Program-made: the position numbers and the translations under genes
Notes under the pieces: generated by a model
Seen by the model: only the letters and a program-made list of their open reading frames with translations
Databases searched by the model: none
Told to the model about the DNA's origin: nothing
In this document: one piece after another, positions 17,764 to 30,369 of the stretch
Layout: every line of letters begins with the position of its first letter
How positions within the stretch are numbered: position 1 is the first letter of the stretch
From: an uncultured Nitrospiraceae bacterium
Lineage (GTDB): Bacteria > Nitrospirota > Thermodesulfovibrionia > Thermodesulfovibrionales > Dissulfurispiraceae
Direction of reading: 5' to 3'
Length of the DNA: 64,000 bases
Assembly: GCA_963705105.1 (NCBI GenBank)
Contig: CAVPIW010000006.1
Location: 640,001-704,000, forward strand

Positions 17764-20076
17764 TTGTTGAAACATGGATGGCAAGAAAAACTCTATGAGA
17801 CTTTTTCAGGGATCTCAACCTGGTCCCGGCGTATGCTCGTGGGCGCCCTATCGGTGGTTCGGGGAATCCATAGAATCCGTTTAGGCAAACTGCTTTGGCT
17901 CGTTTACCCCCTCATGTGCACAATAGTCATGACGTCCGCTCTCGTTGCAGCCGGATTTCATTACATCTGTTTTGATCGAACCAACCTGCCTGACATAGAA
18001 CCGTTCGCCCGGTTTGACTTTCCTGCGATCGGCTGCGTCTATGATGCCGATGGCCGGCCGCTCATTGAGGTGGCAAGAGAGTACCGGCGGATCACTCAGT
18101 ATGACGACCTGCCGCCCATTGTTCGTAATGCCATCATCGCCACTGAGGACAAGAACTTCTTCTCACACAGTGGAGTTGACTATTCCACAATTCCTCGCGT
18201 CTTAAGCAAGGTGCGGATAGGCGCCTTGGTGTCCCACCTTACACGATCGGCGGGGAAAGAGGAGGTTACCAGTGGCGGCATCTTCCCGCAAGGCGGATCG
18301 ACAATCACGCAACAGCTCGTGCGAGGTCACTTCCTTAAAAAGCTAACGGCTCAGGAAAACAGCGCACCGCTCCTGCACGGAGCACTTCTGCTCCGCGCAC
18401 TGTCTTACGTGATCGGCCCACGAAGCGTCAACAAGCTGTTTCGGAAGCTGGAGGAGATGAGACTATCGTTGTGGGTCGAGGATGAGATGCAGAAGCGTTT
18501 CGGTTCTAAACGCCGGGCAAAGGAAGAAATTCTGGCACGATATGCCAGCTTTGTTTACATGGGCAACGGTCAGTACGGAATTGCGAGAGCGGCTGAATAC
18601 TACCTTGGTCGGCCTATCAACACGTTCACCGTGGATGATGCTGACAAGGCAGCGCTGCTGGCAGGCATCGCGAAGTCGCCTCGTTTCTATGCGCCCGGCG
18701 CTAAAGAAACCGCGAGAATCTTGCGCCGAAGAAATCAAATCCTGGCTCTTATGGCAGTCAACGGTTTTATCTCTCCGGACAGGGTGAGAGAGGCTGAGCA
18801 ACGCCCGATTCAGGTGGTCGCGCCGCACAGGGACAAAAGGCCTCAGGCGGCGGCGGTCGTTGAAAGTGTCCTGCAGGAGTTAAAAGCCCGCAGCGCCGAC
18901 GTCGGCGTTGAAGACCTTCTGCAGGGACGTATCCATGTTTACTCGACAGTGGACGCCCGTGTGCAGCAAATTATGAATGAGGCGATGGAGCGCGGCCTCG
19001 AGCTTTATGAGAAACGACACCCGAGTTCCAAGGGGCTAATCCAGGGAGCTGTCATCGTGCTGCGGAACGGCGATGCGAGCATCCTCGCCGAGACAGGAGG
19101 TCGTCAGTTTTACAAGGGCCGCTCCACCTCATACGGCGACTTCAACCGCGTCACGCAGTCCCTGCGACAATCCGGATCCGCAATGAAGCCCATTGTCTAC
19201 CTCGCTGCTTTTCAGCAGGGAACATTTACCCTTGAGTCTATGGTTCCCGACGAACCGATCGGTGTTCCGGATAGAGGGGGAAAAAGTACGAAATGGGTCT
19301 CAAACTACGATGGCAAATTCAAGGGCGTGATCACACTCCGGGAGGCGCTTGCAGAATCCAGAAATACCGTTACGATTTGGGTTGCAGAGCAAATCGGCAT
19401 TGACAGCGTCCTGCGGACGTCTTGGAGGCTGGGGATCCAGACGCCGTTGCACCCATACGCCTCGACTGCGTTGGGCGCCTCGGAAGTGAATTTACTGGAG
19501 CTGGCCAATGCATACCGAGCCATGGCATCGGGCATCCTCATCCAGCCGTATGTAATCCGGAAAATCGTCCGCGATCTGGGCGAGGTAGGGGCTGATAAAG
19601 AGGGCAAGCTGTCGCCGGTCGAGGTCCACGACGACGCTCTTTCTCTCATTCAGGAGGGCCTGCGCGGTGTCGTGCGAATTCCCACCGGTACGGCTCATGC
19701 ACTTGACTCCAGAGGTTTCCCGATCGCCGTTATGGGAAAGACAGGGACGACAAATGATTTCAGGGATGCGCTCTTCATAGGCTCGACGTACGGCCGCGAA
19801 GGAATCACTATAGCGGTCCGCATAGGCTTTGACGACAACCGTTCCCTCGGGCCGGAAGAAACCGGCGGCAGGGTAGCTCTTCCGGTGTTCAAGGAAATCA
19901 TGCTCAGAGTATACCGAGAAAGGCTTGCAGGGCCTGTGCCGGAGTTTCCTGCTCAAATGGAACGGAATATTAACGCTTACCTTAAAGGCCATTCGGCCGG
20001 AACGGCAGCGGTGACAGACACTTCTCTTGCTGCGATGTCTGAATTTCGGGTCGTCTCTGCCGATCAGGAGAGATGA
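17764..20076 (+). CDS. Class A penicillin-binding protein (GT51 transglycosylase + transpeptidase)
   Basis: EDKNFFSHSG, GGSTITQQL, RKLEE, YMGNGQYG; SxxK (SAMK), SxN (SRN), KTGT; start uncertain. Confidence 0.9.
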   Translation: MLKHGWQEKLYETFSGISTWSRRMLVGALSVVRGIHRIRLGKLLWLVYPLMCTIVMTSALVAAGFHYICFDRTNLPDIEPFARFDFPAIGCVYDADGRPLIEVAREYRRITQYDDLPPIVRNAIIATEDKNFFSHSGVDYSTIPRVLSKVRIGALVSHLTRSAGKEEVTSGGIFPQGGSTITQQLVRGHFLKKLTAQENSAPLLHGALLLRALSYVIGPRSVNKLFRKLEEMRLSLWVEDEMQKRFGSKRRAKEEILARYASFVYMGNGQYGIARAAEYYLGRPINTFTVDDADKAALLAGIAKSPRFYAPGAKETARILRRRNQILALMAVNGFISPDRVREAEQRPIQVVAPHRDKRPQAAAVVESVLQELKARSADVGVEDLLQGRIHVYSTVDARVQQIMNEAMERGLELYEKRHPSSKGLIQGAVIVLRNGDASILAETGGRQFYKGRSTSYGDFNRVTQSLRQSGSAMKPIVYLAAFQQGTFTLESMVPDEPIGVPDRGGKSTKWVSNYDGKFKGVITLREALAESRNTVTIWVAEQIGIDSVLRTSWRLGIQTPLHPYASTALGASEVNLLELANAYRAMASGILIQPYVIRKIVRDLGEVGADKEGKLSPVEVHDDALSLIQEGLRGVVRIPTGTAHALDSRGFPIAVMGKTGTTNDFRDALFIGSTYGREGITIAVRIGFDDNRSLGPEETGGRVALPVFKEIMLRVYRERLAGPVPEFPAQMERNINAYLKGHSAGTAAVTDTSLAAMSEFRVVSADQER

Positions 20077-20109
20077 GGAGTTGCGTTCAATTCAGGGACG
20101 AAGGCCCTC

Positions 20110-23100
20110 TTGCCTTCCAGTTGCATGGATAACAAAGTGAGGAGACCCCTGAGTTATAGAAAACCATTGGCTTTCAGAATGAAGGAGACTTCAAGGTTGA
20201 AGGTGAGAGACAAGACCATGCTCGGAAGCCTACCTCTATTGCGTGCGGGCTTCCGCGAAGCAGACCTGGCAGAAAAGTGCGCCGTCTGCGAGCCTCCGTT
20301 GAGATCGGAGTTGTTCAGCAGCGATCAGATGGAGCAGCATGGCAAGACCCTGGCGGGCTTGCACAAATTGAGCCCCCTCTATCCTCCTGATCAGCTCCTG
20401 GCCAGACTGGCCGAGAATGAAGGCATCCTGACCGGAACCCGTCGCCTGCTGACGGAGGCGGTCGCGACGGGTCGTCGGATTACGCCGGCAGGTGACTGGT
20501 TGCTCGATAACTTCTATCTGATCGAAGAACAGATACGCACGGCCAGGAGACACCTGCCGAAGGGCTACAGCCGGGAGCTTCCCCGCTTGCGGGACGGCCT
20601 TTCGGCCGGACTTCCGCGCGTGTATGACATCGCTTTGGAGACGATCTCACACAGCGATGGGCGCATAGATCCGCAAAGCCTCAGCAAATTCGTTGCTGCC
20701 TACCAGACAGTCACCGTCCTGAAGTTGGGAGAACTGTGGGCCATCCCTATTATGCTGCGGCTCGCGTTGATCGAGAATCTCCGGCGCGTTGGGGCACGGA
20801 TCGCTGCCGACAGGCTCGACAGAAACCAGGCTGATTATTGGGCGGACAGGATTACCGAGATCGCGGGGAAGGACCCGAAGAGTCTGATATTGGTCATGGC
20901 GGACATGGCGCGGTCGGACCCGCCTCTGAAGAGCGCGTTCGTTGCGGAATTTGCCCGCCGGCTTCAGGGCCGGGGCCCCGCACTGGCAATGCCGCTCACA
21001 TGGATTGAGCAGCGACTCCTGGAGTGCAGTCTCACGATCGAACATCTGGTGCAGTCCGAGAACCAGCAACAGGCGGCTGATCAGGTCTCGATGAGCAACA
21101 GCATCGGCAGCCTCCGCTTCCTCGGCATGATGGACTGGCGCGAGTTCGTCGAGACGATGAGCATTGTCGAGCAGACCCTGCGTGATGATACGGGCGGTAC
21201 ATACGGCAGAATGGACTTCTCCACCCGTGACCGTTACCGCCACGTAGTGGAGAAAATGGCAAAGAGCGGCCGTCTGTCGGAAGACGAGGTGGCAGCCGAA
21301 GCGGTGCGGCTCGCGCATGAAAGCGCGGCCGGCAAAGACGGCGGTCAGGGTGGTGATGATCGCGCCGCCCATGTGGGCTATTATCTGATCGACAAGGGAT
21401 TGCCGCGGCTTGAAGAGCTGGCGCAGTTGCGATTGTCCGTCTCCGGGGCCCTTCGGAAAGTGGGTTCCCGGTTTCCCCTGCTTCTCTATCTGGGCGCGAT
21501 CACGTTCATGACGGCGATTTTTACCGGTGGGTTGCTGGCGAAGGCGTATGCTGACGGCTTGCCTCTTTGGCTGCTCGTGACGACCGGTATCCTCTCAGCG
21601 TTGTGTGCAAGCCAGCTCGCTCTTGCAGTGGTGAACTGGCTTGCGACATTGCTGGTCATTCCGCTGCCGCTGCCGCGAATGGACTTTTCCAAAGGCATCC
21701 CGCCTGAGTCCCGGACCCTCACGATTGTCCCGACTATGCTGACAAACGCCCAGGGCATCGAGGACCTGATCGAAGGTCTGGAAGTCAGGTTCCTTGCAAA
21801 TCGCGACGACAACCTGCACTTCGGCCTGCTGACCGATTTTCAGGATGCGGCAGAGGAAACACTGCCGGAGGACGAACCGCTGTTACTGCTGGCCCGGCAG
21901 AGAATCGAGGGACTGAATGAAAAGTACGGGAACACAAAAGGCGACAGGTTCTTCCTTTTTCACCGCCCGCGCAGGTGGAATGCCCGGGACCGGGTCTGGA
22001 TGGGTTATGAGCGCAAGCGGGGCAAGCTGGCGGCATTGAATGCCTTTTTGCGCGGCAGGAAGGATGACGGAACAGATGGTCTCTCCGGAAATCCCTTCTC
22101 GCTTGTCGTCGGTAATACGGAAATCCTGTCCGACGTAAAGTACGTGATCACCCTTGATACGGATACTCAGCTGCCGCGCGATGCGGCGCGGCAATTTGTG
22201 GGAACCATGGCGCACCCGCTGAACCGTGCGCATTACGACGAAGGCAGGCAGCGCGTCGTTGCCGGGTACGGCATCCTTCAGCCGCGTGTCGCGGTGAGCC
22301 TGCCGGGCACAAACCGCTCTCGGTATGCGCGCCTGTACGGGAGTGATCCCGGCATCGACCCTTACACGCGCGCCGTCTCGGATGTTTACCAGGACGTCTT
22401 CGGTGAAGGCTCCTTTACCGGCAAGGGAATCTATGACGTCGACGCATTCGAGAGGACCCTGGGCGGACGTTTTCCCGATAACCGAATCCTCAGCCACGAT
22501 CTTATCGAAGGGTGTTACGCCCGTGCAGGGCTGTTGAGTGACGTCATGGTCTACGAGGAGTATCCATCCCGCTACAGCGCGGACGTGAGCCGCCGGCACC
22601 GTTGGATTCGCGGGGATTGGCAGCTTCTGCGCTGGCTGCTGCCGGCAGTTCCCGGCCCTGAAGGGCTGCGCCAAAAAAACCCTCTCTCGCTATTGTCCCG
22701 ATGGAAGCTCTTCGACAATCTTCGGCGCAGTCTCGCGCCATCGGCATTGATACTACTCTTGCTGCTGGGCTGGGCGGTCATGTCATCGCCGTGGTTCTGG
22801 ACCTTGTCGGTGATGGGGATCATTTTTATTCCTTCTTTGATAACCTCTGTCCTGGACTTGCTCAAGAAGCCGGACGATATACATTTTGCGCAGCATCTCC
22901 CTGACGTCGGACGCTCCACCGCCGGGCGTCTTGTTCAGGTTGTCTTTACGCTTGCCTGTCTCCCCTACGAGGCGTTTTTCAGTCTCGATGCGATTGTGCG
23001 GACGACCTGGAGAATGCTGGTTGCACGCAAGCGGCTCCTCGAATGGAGTCCTTCGGGCGACGCGGATAAAAATACCCGCAGCTCCCGTATGGGTGGTCTC

Positions 23101-26100
23101 GCCGGTGTCTGCCGGACGATGTGGTTCGCTCCCCTTCTTGCCTCGGCAGCGATAGTCTGTCTGGCCCTTTCCAACCCCGCCGCCCTGGGAGCGGCTGTGC
23201 CCATACTGTTGCTCTGGTTTGCCTCACCCGTTATCGCCTGGCGGATCAGCATGCCTCTTTCCCGCAAGGAAGCGGGGCTCATGCCCGACCAGACCGCTTT
23301 TCTCCAAAAGCTTTCCCGAAAGACCTGGGCCTTCTTCGAGACCTTCGTCGGCCCCGAAGAGCATTGGCTGCCGCCTGATAACTTTCAGGAGCACCCTGCC
23401 CCTGCCGTTGCTCACCGCACGTCTCCCACGAACATGGGACTTTCGCTGCTGGCGAATTTGTCCGCCTATGACTTCGGCTACATTTCGATGGGGCAGCTCA
23501 TCGAACGCACGACGCGTGCCCTCTCCACGATGGAGGCACTGGAGCGCTATGAGGGCCATTTTTATAACTGGTACGACACGCAGTCTCTGAATCCCCTGCC
23601 TCCCCGGTACGTTTCGACGGTGGACAGCGGGAACCTTGCGGGCCATCTGCTGACGCTGCGGCAGGGGCTGCTTGAGCTTCCCGACCGGACGGTCCTGGGT
23701 CCACGGGTGTTTGAGGGACTCCGCGACACGCTATGGGCGCTCCTGGAGGCCGTTGCCGAAGAGCGTCTTGGAGGCGCCGTTTTTGCCGTGCTCGGTCAAC
23801 TGGAGACGGATCTGGAAGAGGCGTGCAGCGTGCCACCGGCTGAGCCGGCGGCGGCGCGGCTCCGCCTCGAACAACTCGCACGGCAGGCTGAGGAGGCCTT
23901 TTCCAGTATAGTTATGCGGGGTGGCGGCCAGGAGAATCAGGCCGGATGGTGGGCGAGCGCCTTTGCCGGGCAATGCCGGGACGCACTCGGGGAACTGACG
24001 CTTCTTGCTCCTTCGTCAGCTCCCGGCATTGACGGGATACCGACGCTCCGCGCACTGGCGGACATGGGAAACGGTCCCGCCGCTGAGAGAATCAGGGCTA
24101 TCGAAAAGCTCGTGCTGCATTCGGGCGAACTCAGCCGCATGCAGTATGACTTCCTGTTGGACCGGTCGAGTCATTTGCTGGCCATCGGGTACAACGTCGA
24201 CGACCGCAGGCGGGACGCGAGTTACTACGACCTGCTGGCTTCGGAAGCGAGGCTCTGCACTTTCGTTGCCATTGCTCAGGGGCAAGTACCGCAGGAGAGC
24301 TGGTTCGCCCTGGGCCGCCTGCTCACGAACATCGGGGGAGAGCCGATCCTCGTTTCCTGGAGCGGTTCGATGTTCGAATACCTCATGCCGCTCCTGGTCA
24401 TGCCGGCGTATGAGCGGACGCTGCTCGACGAGACCTGCAAGGCGGCGGTGGCCAGGCAGATCGAGTATGGGAGGAAGCGCGGGGTACCCTGGGGCATTTC
24501 GGAATCCGGCTACAACACAATCGACGCTCATCTCAACTACCAGTACCGCGCCTTCGGCGTTCCCGGACTGGGACTCAAACGCGGGCTCGCCGACGATCTG
24601 GTCATTGCGCCCTATGCCTCGGCGCTCGCGCTGATGGTGGCGCCCGAGGAGGCGTGCCTGAATATGCAGCGGCTCGCTGCGGAAGGACGTGAGGGCATAT
24701 TCGGCTTCTATGAAGCAATCGATTACACTCCTTCACGTTTGCCGCACAGACAATCGAGTGTCGTGATCCGGTCATTTATGGCTCATCACATGGGCATGAG
24801 CTTTCTCTCCCTGGCCTATCTGCTTCTGGACCGTCCGATGCAGAAGCGATTCGAGTCGGACCCCTTGTTTCAGGCAACGACGCTTCTGCTTCAGGAGCGT
24901 GTACCGAGGGCCGCGGGATTCCATCCGCAGACCGCCGACCTCTCCGTATCACAGACGGCTGCCACCGCAGAGGAGACCTCCGTGCGCTTTTTCAACAGCC
25001 CGGACACGCCCTTTCCCCAGGTGCAGTTGCTGTCGAACGGCAGGTACCACGTGATGATCACGAACGCCGGCGGCGGGTACAGCCGATGGAAGGACATCGC
25101 AATCACGCGCTGGCGTGAAGACAGTACCTGCGACGACTGGGGCACGTTTTGTTATATCCGTGAGGTGGCGAGCGGTGAGTTCTGGTCAGCGGCATATCAG
25201 CCGGCGCTCAAAGGGTCGAGGCATTATGAGGCGATTTTCTCGGAAGGCCGGGCCGAGTTTCGCCGCCGGGACCACGACTTCGAGACACACACCGAGATCG
25301 CTGTTTCTCCCGAGGATGATATTGAGCTGCGCCGGATTACGATCACCAACCGCGGCCGGACACGCAGGGAGATCGACGTCACGAGTTACGCCGAGGTCGT
25401 CCTTGCTTCACCTGCCGCAGACATGCTGCATCCTGCGTTCAGCAATCTTTTTGTTCAGACGGAGATTATCGGTCACAGGCAGGCGATCCTCTGTACCCGC
25501 CGCCCCCGCTCCGTCGAGGAGCACTCGCCTTGGATGTTTCATCTGATGGCCGTCCACGGGACGGAGACGGGCGAGGTTTCCTATGAGACCGACCGCCTGC
25601 GGTTCATCGGTCGCGGAAACACCGTTGCCGACCCGCAGGCCCTGAGCGGCCCGGCCGCGTCAGAAAAAACGGGCGGGTCTGCCGCGCTTTCGGGCAGTGA
25701 GGGCTCAGTGCTCGATCCGATTGTCGCCATACGGTATCGCATAGTCCTTGATCCGGAAAAATCGGCAACGATAAACATTGTCACCGGTATCGGTGAAACC
25801 CGCGACATCTGTATGGGCCTCGTGGAAAAATACCAGGACCGGTATCTTGCAGACCGCGTCTTTGAGCTCGCATGGACACACAGCCAGGTGCTCCTGCGGC
25901 AGATCAACGCCACGGAGTCCGATGCGCAGCTCTATGGACGACTTGCCGGCGCCGTGATCTACGCCAATTCTTCGCTGCGCGCCGACCCGGGCGTTCTCAT
26001 CACAAACCGCCGCGGGCAATCAGGTCTGTGGGGTTACGCCATTTCCGGCGACCTCCCGATCGTGCTGTTGCAGATCGGAGACCCGGCCAACATCGACCTG

Positions 26101-28857
26101 GTGCGCCAGCTCGTCCAGGCCCACGCATACTGGCGTCTCAAAGGACTGGAAGTGGACCTCGTGATCTGGAACGAGGATCACGCCGGCTACCGGCAGGTCC
26201 TGCAGGAGCAGATCATGGGACTCATTGCCGCAGGCGTCGAGGCGAACGTGATGGATCGACCGGGCGGCATCTTCGTGAGACCTGCAGACCAGATATCGGG
26301 CGAGGACCGCATCCTGTTTCAGACGGTCAGCCGCGCCATCATCACCGACACACTCGGCCCGCTCGCGGACCAGATCAATCGCCGCAGTATTATGCCGCTT
26401 GCAGTACCGCGCCTTGCCCCGACCGGGAGCCCCCGCACAGAATCTGCGACTGCCGGGGCGATGACCCGCAGCGATCTGCTGTTCTTCAACGGACTCGGTG
26501 GATTCACCCCTGACGGCCACGAGTACATCATCACGACGGCCCGCGAACAGGTGACGCCGGCGCCCTGGGTGAATGTGATCGCCAACGCGCACTTCGGAAC
26601 GGTTGTTTCGGAAAGCGGAGGCGCGTACACCTGGAGCGAGAATGCCCATGAGTTCCGCCTCACCCCCTGGTGCAACGATCCGGTCAGCGATGCTGGCGGA
26701 GAAGCTTTTTACCTCCGCGATGAAGAGAGCGGCCTCTTCTGGTCCCCTTCGCCGCTGCCGGGCCGGGGGGCGATGCATTACGTCAGCCGCCATGGATTCG
26801 GCTACAGTGTCTTTGAACATACGGAGGACGGCATAAGATCAGAGATGTGGATTTACGTGGCGATGGATGCGTCGGTCAAGTTGACGGTATTGAAGGTAAG
26901 AAACGAATCGGGCCGGTCCCGCCGGCTCTCGGCCACCGGGTATGTGGAATTGGTGCTGGGAGATCTGCGGCAGAAAACGGCAATGCATGTGAGCACCGAA
27001 ATCGACCCCAAAACAGGCGCGCTTTTCTGCCGGAACCCGTACAACACGGAGTTTGCCGGGCGGACCGCCTTCTTCGACACCGATGAGACGACCCGCACCG
27101 TGAGCGGCGACCGGACGGAGTTCCTTGGCCGTAACGGCACGCTCCGGAGCCCGGAGGCGATGACCGGCGCGTGGCTTTCAGGCAGGGTGGGGGCCGCCCT
27201 GGACCCCTGCGCCGCTATCCAGGTCCCCTTCGATCTTGCCGACGGGCAGGAGCGGGAGATCATCTTCAGGCTTGGCGTGGGACGGGATTCATTTGAGGCC
27301 GGCCAACTGGTACACCGCTTCCGCGGATCTGCCGCCGCGCGCGGGGCGCTCGAAAAGGTCTGGCAGCACTGGAATCACACCCTCGGAGCGGTGCAGGTTG
27401 AAACACCGGACCAGTCCGTCAATGTACTGGCCAACGGGTGGCTCTTATATCAAACTCTGGCCTGTCGTCTTTGGGCGCGGAGCGGATACTACCAGTCCGG
27501 GGGCGCCTTCGGCTTCCGCGACCAGTTGCAGGACGTGATGGCGCTTATCCACTCCGAGCCCTCGCTCGTGCGCGAACACCTCCTGCTCTGCGCAGCCCGT
27601 CAGTTCAGGGAGGGAGACGTCCAGCACTGGTGGCATCCCCCTTCAGGACGGGGCGTGCGCACACACTGTTCGGACGACCTTCTCTGGTTGCCCCTGGCTG
27701 TGTGCCGTTATGTGCTGACGACCGGAGACACGGGAGTGCTGGATGAAACCGTCCGCTTCATCGAGGGCCGGCCGGTAAACAAGGACGAGGACTCGTATTA
27801 CGATCTTCCCCACGCGTCCGAAGAGACGGCGAGTTTGTACGATCACTGTGTGCGGGCCATTCTGGGGGGCCTCAGCCGCGGCGAACACGGATTGCCCCTC
27901 ATCGGCTCGGGTGATTGGAACGACGGCATGAACATGGTGGGCGCTCACGGCAGGGGTGAGAGCGTTTGGCTGGCATTCTTCCTTTATAAAGTGCTCATGG
28001 AGTTCTGCGGGATTGCCCGTCTGCACGGTGATCCGCCCTTTGCCGAACGCTGCCGGGAGGAAGCTGCTCAACTGCTCAGAAGTATCGAAGAGCATGGCTG
28101 GGACGGCGAGTGGTACCGGCGCGCCTACTTTGATGACGGCTCCCCCCTGGGTTCGGCAGGCAATCCCGAATGCCGGATCGACTCCATAGCGCAGAGCTGG
28201 TCCGTTCTCTCCGGCGCCGGGGATGCCGGACGCTCGCAGACGGCAATGGAAGCGGTGGACAGGCGCCTTGTTCGACGGGACCATGGCCTTATCCAGCTCC
28301 TCGATCCGCCCTTCGACACATCGGATCTGAATCCCGGCTATATAAAGGGATACGTCCCGGGTGTACGGGAGAACGGGGGGCAATACACGCATGCGGCGAT
28401 CTGGACGGTGATGGCCTTTGCCGCGTTGGGCGACCGCAGTCGCGCATGGGAACTGCTGGCAATGATCAACCCGGTGAACCATGGGAGGACCAGGGAGGAA
28501 ACAGCGACGTATAAAGTTGAACCCTACGTCGTCGCTGCCGACGTCTATGCGGTCTCGCCGCATACCGGCCGCGGCGGATGGACATGGTACACGGGATCGG
28601 CAGGCTGGATGTACAGGCTTATCCTTGAATCACTCCTTGGGCTGAGGCGCGAAGGAGACAGGCTACGTTTCACGCCCTGTCTGCCCGGGGACTGGGAAGC
28701 GTTCAGTGTGCATTACCGGTACGGGGAGACCGTCTATCACATCAACGTTCTTCAACGGGGCGGCGGCAGTGCAGCGGGTGTGACCGTCGATGGCGCTAAT
28801 ACCCTGATAGGCACGTTCGTCCGGCAACTGGCTGCACGCCTCAGGTTGACCGGCTGA
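20110..28857 (+). CDS. ndvB: Cyclic beta-1,2-glucan synthase (Cgs/NdvB; GT84 + GH94 domains); start uncertain, last ~20 codons foreign
   Basis: [92 protein letters not shown]. Confidence 0.92.
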   Translation: MPSSCMDNKVRRPLSYRKPLAFRMKETSRLKVRDKTMLGSLPLLRAGFREADLAEKCAVCEPPLRSELFSSDQMEQHGKTLAGLHKLSPLYPPDQLLARLAENEGILTGTRRLLTEAVATGRRITPAGDWLLDNFYLIEEQIRTARRHLPKGYSRELPRLRDGLSAGLPRVYDIALETISHSDGRIDPQSLSKFVAAYQTVTVLKLGELWAIPIMLRLALIENLRRVGARIAADRLDRNQADYWADRITEIAGKDPKSLILVMADMARSDPPLKSAFVAEFARRLQGRGPALAMPLTWIEQRLLECSLTIEHLVQSENQQQAADQVSMSNSIGSLRFLGMMDWREFVETMSIVEQTLRDDTGGTYGRMDFSTRDRYRHVVEKMAKSGRLSEDEVAAEAVRLAHESAAGKDGGQGGDDRAAHVGYYLIDKGLPRLEELAQLRLSVSGALRKVGSRFPLLLYLGAITFMTAIFTGGLLAKAYADGLPLWLLVTTGILSALCASQLALAVVNWLATLLVIPLPLPRMDFSKGIPPESRTLTIVPTMLTNAQGIEDLIEGLEVRFLANRDDNLHFGLLTDFQDAAEETLPEDEPLLLLARQRIEGLNEKYGNTKGDRFFLFHRPRRWNARDRVWMGYERKRGKLAALNAFLRGRKDDGTDGLSGNPFSLVVGNTEILSDVKYVITLDTDTQLPRDAARQFVGTMAHPLNRAHYDEGRQRVVAGYGILQPRVAVSLPGTNRSRYARLYGSDPGIDPYTRAVSDVYQDVFGEGSFTGKGIYDVDAFERTLGGRFPDNRILSHDLIEGCYARAGLLSDVMVYEEYPSRYSADVSRRHRWIRGDWQLLRWLLPAVPGPEGLRQKNPLSLLSRWKLFDNLRRSLAPSALILLLLLGWAVMSSPWFWTLSVMGIIFIPSLITSVLDLLKKPDDIHFAQHLPDVGRSTAGRLVQVVFTLACLPYEAFFSLDAIVRTTWRMLVARKRLLEWSPSGDADKNTRSSRMGGLAGVCRTMWFAPLLASAAIVCLALSNPAALGAAVPILLLWFASPVIAWRISMPLSRKEAGLMPDQTAFLQKLSRKTWAFFETFVGPEEHWLPPDNFQEHPAPAVAHRTSPTNMGLSLLANLSAYDFGYISMGQLIERTTRALSTMEALERYEGHFYNWYDTQSLNPLPPRYVSTVDSGNLAGHLLTLRQGLLELPDRTVLGPRVFEGLRDTLWALLEAVAEERLGGAVFAVLGQLETDLEEACSVPPAEPAAARLRLEQLARQAEEAFSSIVMRGGGQENQAGWWASAFAGQCRDALGELTLLAPSSAPGIDGIPTLRALADMGNGPAAERIRAIEKLVLHSGELSRMQYDFLLDRSSHLLAIGYNVDDRRRDASYYDLLASEARLCTFVAIAQGQVPQESWFALGRLLTNIGGEPILVSWSGSMFEYLMPLLVMPAYERTLLDETCKAAVARQIEYGRKRGVPWGISESGYNTIDAHLNYQYRAFGVPGLGLKRGLADDLVIAPYASALALMVAPEEACLNMQRLAAEGREGIFGFYEAIDYTPSRLPHRQSSVVIRSFMAHHMGMSFLSLAYLLLDRPMQKRFESDPLFQATTLLLQERVPRAAGFHPQTADLSVSQTAATAEETSVRFFNSPDTPFPQVQLLSNGRYHVMITNAGGGYSRWKDIAITRWREDSTCDDWGTFCYIREVASGEFWSAAYQPALKGSRHYEAIFSEGRAEFRRRDHDFETHTEIAVSPEDDIELRRITITNRGRTRREIDVTSYAEVVLASPAADMLHPAFSNLFVQTEIIGHRQAILCTRRPRSVEEHSPWMFHLMAVHGTETGEVSYETDRLRFIGRGNTVADPQALSGPAASEKTGGSAALSGSEGSVLDPIVAIRYRIVLDPEKSATINIVTGIGETRDICMGLVEKYQDRYLADRVFELAWTHSQVLLRQINATESDAQLYGRLAGAVIYANSSLRADPGVLITNRRGQSGLWGYAISGDLPIVLLQIGDPANIDLVRQLVQAHAYWRLKGLEVDLVIWNEDHAGYRQVLQEQIMGLIAAGVEANVMDRPGGIFVRPADQISGEDRILFQTVSRAIITDTLGPLADQINRRSIMPLAVPRLAPTGSPRTESATAGAMTRSDLLFFNGLGGFTPDGHEYIITTAREQVTPAPWVNVIANAHFGTVVSESGGAYTWSENAHEFRLTPWCNDPVSDAGGEAFYLRDEESGLFWSPSPLPGRGAMHYVSRHGFGYSVFEHTEDGIRSEMWIYVAMDASVKLTVLKVRNESGRSRRLSATGYVELVLGDLRQKTAMHVSTEIDPKTGALFCRNPYNTEFAGRTAFFDTDETTRTVSGDRTEFLGRNGTLRSPEAMTGAWLSGRVGAALDPCAAIQVPFDLADGQEREIIFRLGVGRDSFEAGQLVHRFRGSAAARGALEKVWQHWNHTLGAVQVETPDQSVNVLANGWLLYQTLACRLWARSGYYQSGGAFGFRDQLQDVMALIHSEPSLVREHLLLCAARQFREGDVQHWWHPPSGRGVRTHCSDDLLWLPLAVCRYVLTTGDTGVLDETVRFIEGRPVNKDEDSYYDLPHASEETASLYDHCVRAILGGLSRGEHGLPLIGSGDWNDGMNMVGAHGRGESVWLAFFLYKVLMEFCGIARLHGDPPFAERCREEAAQLLRSIEEHGWDGEWYRRAYFDDGSPLGSAGNPECRIDSIAQSWSVLSGAGDAGRSQTAMEAVDRRLVRRDHGLIQLLDPPFDTSDLNPGYIKGYVPGVRENGGQYTHAAIWTVMAFAALGDRSRAWELLAMINPVNHGRTREETATYKVEPYVVAADVYAVSPHTGRGGWTWYTGSAGWMYRLILESLLGLRREGDRLRFTPCLPGDWEAFSVHYRYGETVYHINVLQRGGGSAAGVTVDGANTLIGTFVRQLAARLRLTG

Positions 28858-28895
28858 AAAGCTCGTAGAGCCGGCGATTGAGATCCTGATCGAAG
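28810..28895 (+). repeat. 86-bp direct repeat of 30339-30424 (3' end of DUF362 gene plus flank)
   Basis: GGCACGTTCGTCCGGCA(A/G)CTGG...GATCCTGATCGAAG at both sites, one mismatch. Confidence 0.92.
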
Positions 28896-29141
28896 ATTGA
28901 ACAGCCCGACACGGCAATTTCCCTTGCTGACGACCATCAGGAACATTCAGTTGAGGTGAGAATACCCGGCTTGTAAACCTGCCGCGCCTGTTTTCCTTAA
29001 CGCTGCAAAAACGACAGGAAAAGGCGGATGGACACCATTTCAGGCCAACATGGATAACACAACGGAAGATTTGAGGAGCCGTCCGAAGTCGTGGCTGATC
29101 GATATAGTGGAAGAGGAAGGGACGATACATGAACTCCGTTC

Positions 29142-30188
29142 TTGACTGTAATACCACCGTCTGGTAGTGTACAAGTAGTGCTTGCTGTCCCTGCAATGGG
29201 TGACGGCGCGTCAGTTTATTCTTACCTTTGGGGAAAGGTGAGGAGGCATATCATAAAGACCGGTTCCGTCGTCGAGAAGTTTTTTGTCCCCTGTCGGGAG
29301 GACGAACACCTGCATGCCGTTTTGTTCTTGCCGCCGAGCGGAAAACCGGAACGGTTGATTTTCGTCGTTCCCCTCGTCGGATCTCGAGCATCCCAGCAGA
29401 TAATCAACTTCCGCTCCTTTGTAAGAAGGCATTCAGCCCTTTTGTCATTCGAATACCGTGGGCATGGCTTGTCCTCCGGGACATTCAACATGGAGAAAAG
29501 CCGCGAGGACACGATCGTCATGCTGCAGTGGGCGATAGATTATGCGCGCGGGCACGGAATCCCCCTGCATGCGATGTCCACGTGTTACAGCACCCTGAGT
29601 CTTCTGTCATGCTTCAGGGAAGGGGCCGGGGACCACGGCATAACGACGATAGGCGCGATTTCCGGCCTTGTGGATACGCGCCGCATTTTGAGTTACCAGG
29701 GTTTCGCTGGCTTCTACGAGATGCATACCGACCAGCCTCCCCTTGACGCAGGTGAATTCTTTCAAAGTCTTGAAGAGGGCGTTATCGATCACGGGAGCGC
29801 CTCTTTCAGACAGGCCCTCTGTATGTACATGAGGGACTTGTTCCCGGAGCTCAGGATCACGCATGATTCGTTCGAGGAGCTCCAGTATTCCCGCGTAGAC
29901 CATATTGCTACATTGAGACAGTTCCATACGTTTGATCCCCTGAAGGGCATCAGGGTTCCGGAAGAGGTTCCCTGCCTTTTCTACTATGGTGTCAACGACG
30001 ATCTCATGGAATTGACGACGCCCGAAGGGAGAGCACGGTACACGTCACAGATAAAGGCGCTGGTTCCACAGGCAGAGATTCGGTGGGGAAATTTTGATCA
30101 TTTCGGCAGGGGAGCGGACAGAGACCGTGTCCTGCAACGGTTCTGCGATTTTTTTGAGATGAATGAGCACACTGGGGTCATAGTCTGA
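29142..30188 (+). CDS. Alpha/beta-hydrolase-fold-like protein; start uncertain
   Basis: FEYRGHGLSSG, nucleophile-elbow-like AMSTCYST, FYYGVNDD, C-terminal DHFG. Confidence 0.6.
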   Translation: MTVIPPSGSVQVVLAVPAMGDGASVYSYLWGKVRRHIIKTGSVVEKFFVPCREDEHLHAVLFLPPSGKPERLIFVVPLVGSRASQQIINFRSFVRRHSALLSFEYRGHGLSSGTFNMEKSREDTIVMLQWAIDYARGHGIPLHAMSTCYSTLSLLSCFREGAGDHGITTIGAISGLVDTRRILSYQGFAGFYEMHTDQPPLDAGEFFQSLEEGVIDHGSASFRQALCMYMRDLFPELRITHDSFEELQYSRVDHIATLRQFHTFDPLKGIRVPEEVPCLFYYGVNDDLMELTTPEGRARYTSQIKALVPQAEIRWGNFDHFGRGADRDRVLQRFCDFFEMNEHTGVIV

Positions 30189-30369
30189 GGCTGGTCCTGC
30201 GCTGCAAAGAAAGGACGCGGCGGAGGCTACTCAAGACTCCATCCAGGACCTCACACTGCCAACAGGTCAGAGTTCCTGAGTTTTTTCAATTGGACGCCGC
30301 ATCGTGCATCAGCTGCAGCCGTGGCTGATGCCCCGCCGGGCACGTTCGTCCGGCAGCTGGCTGCACGCC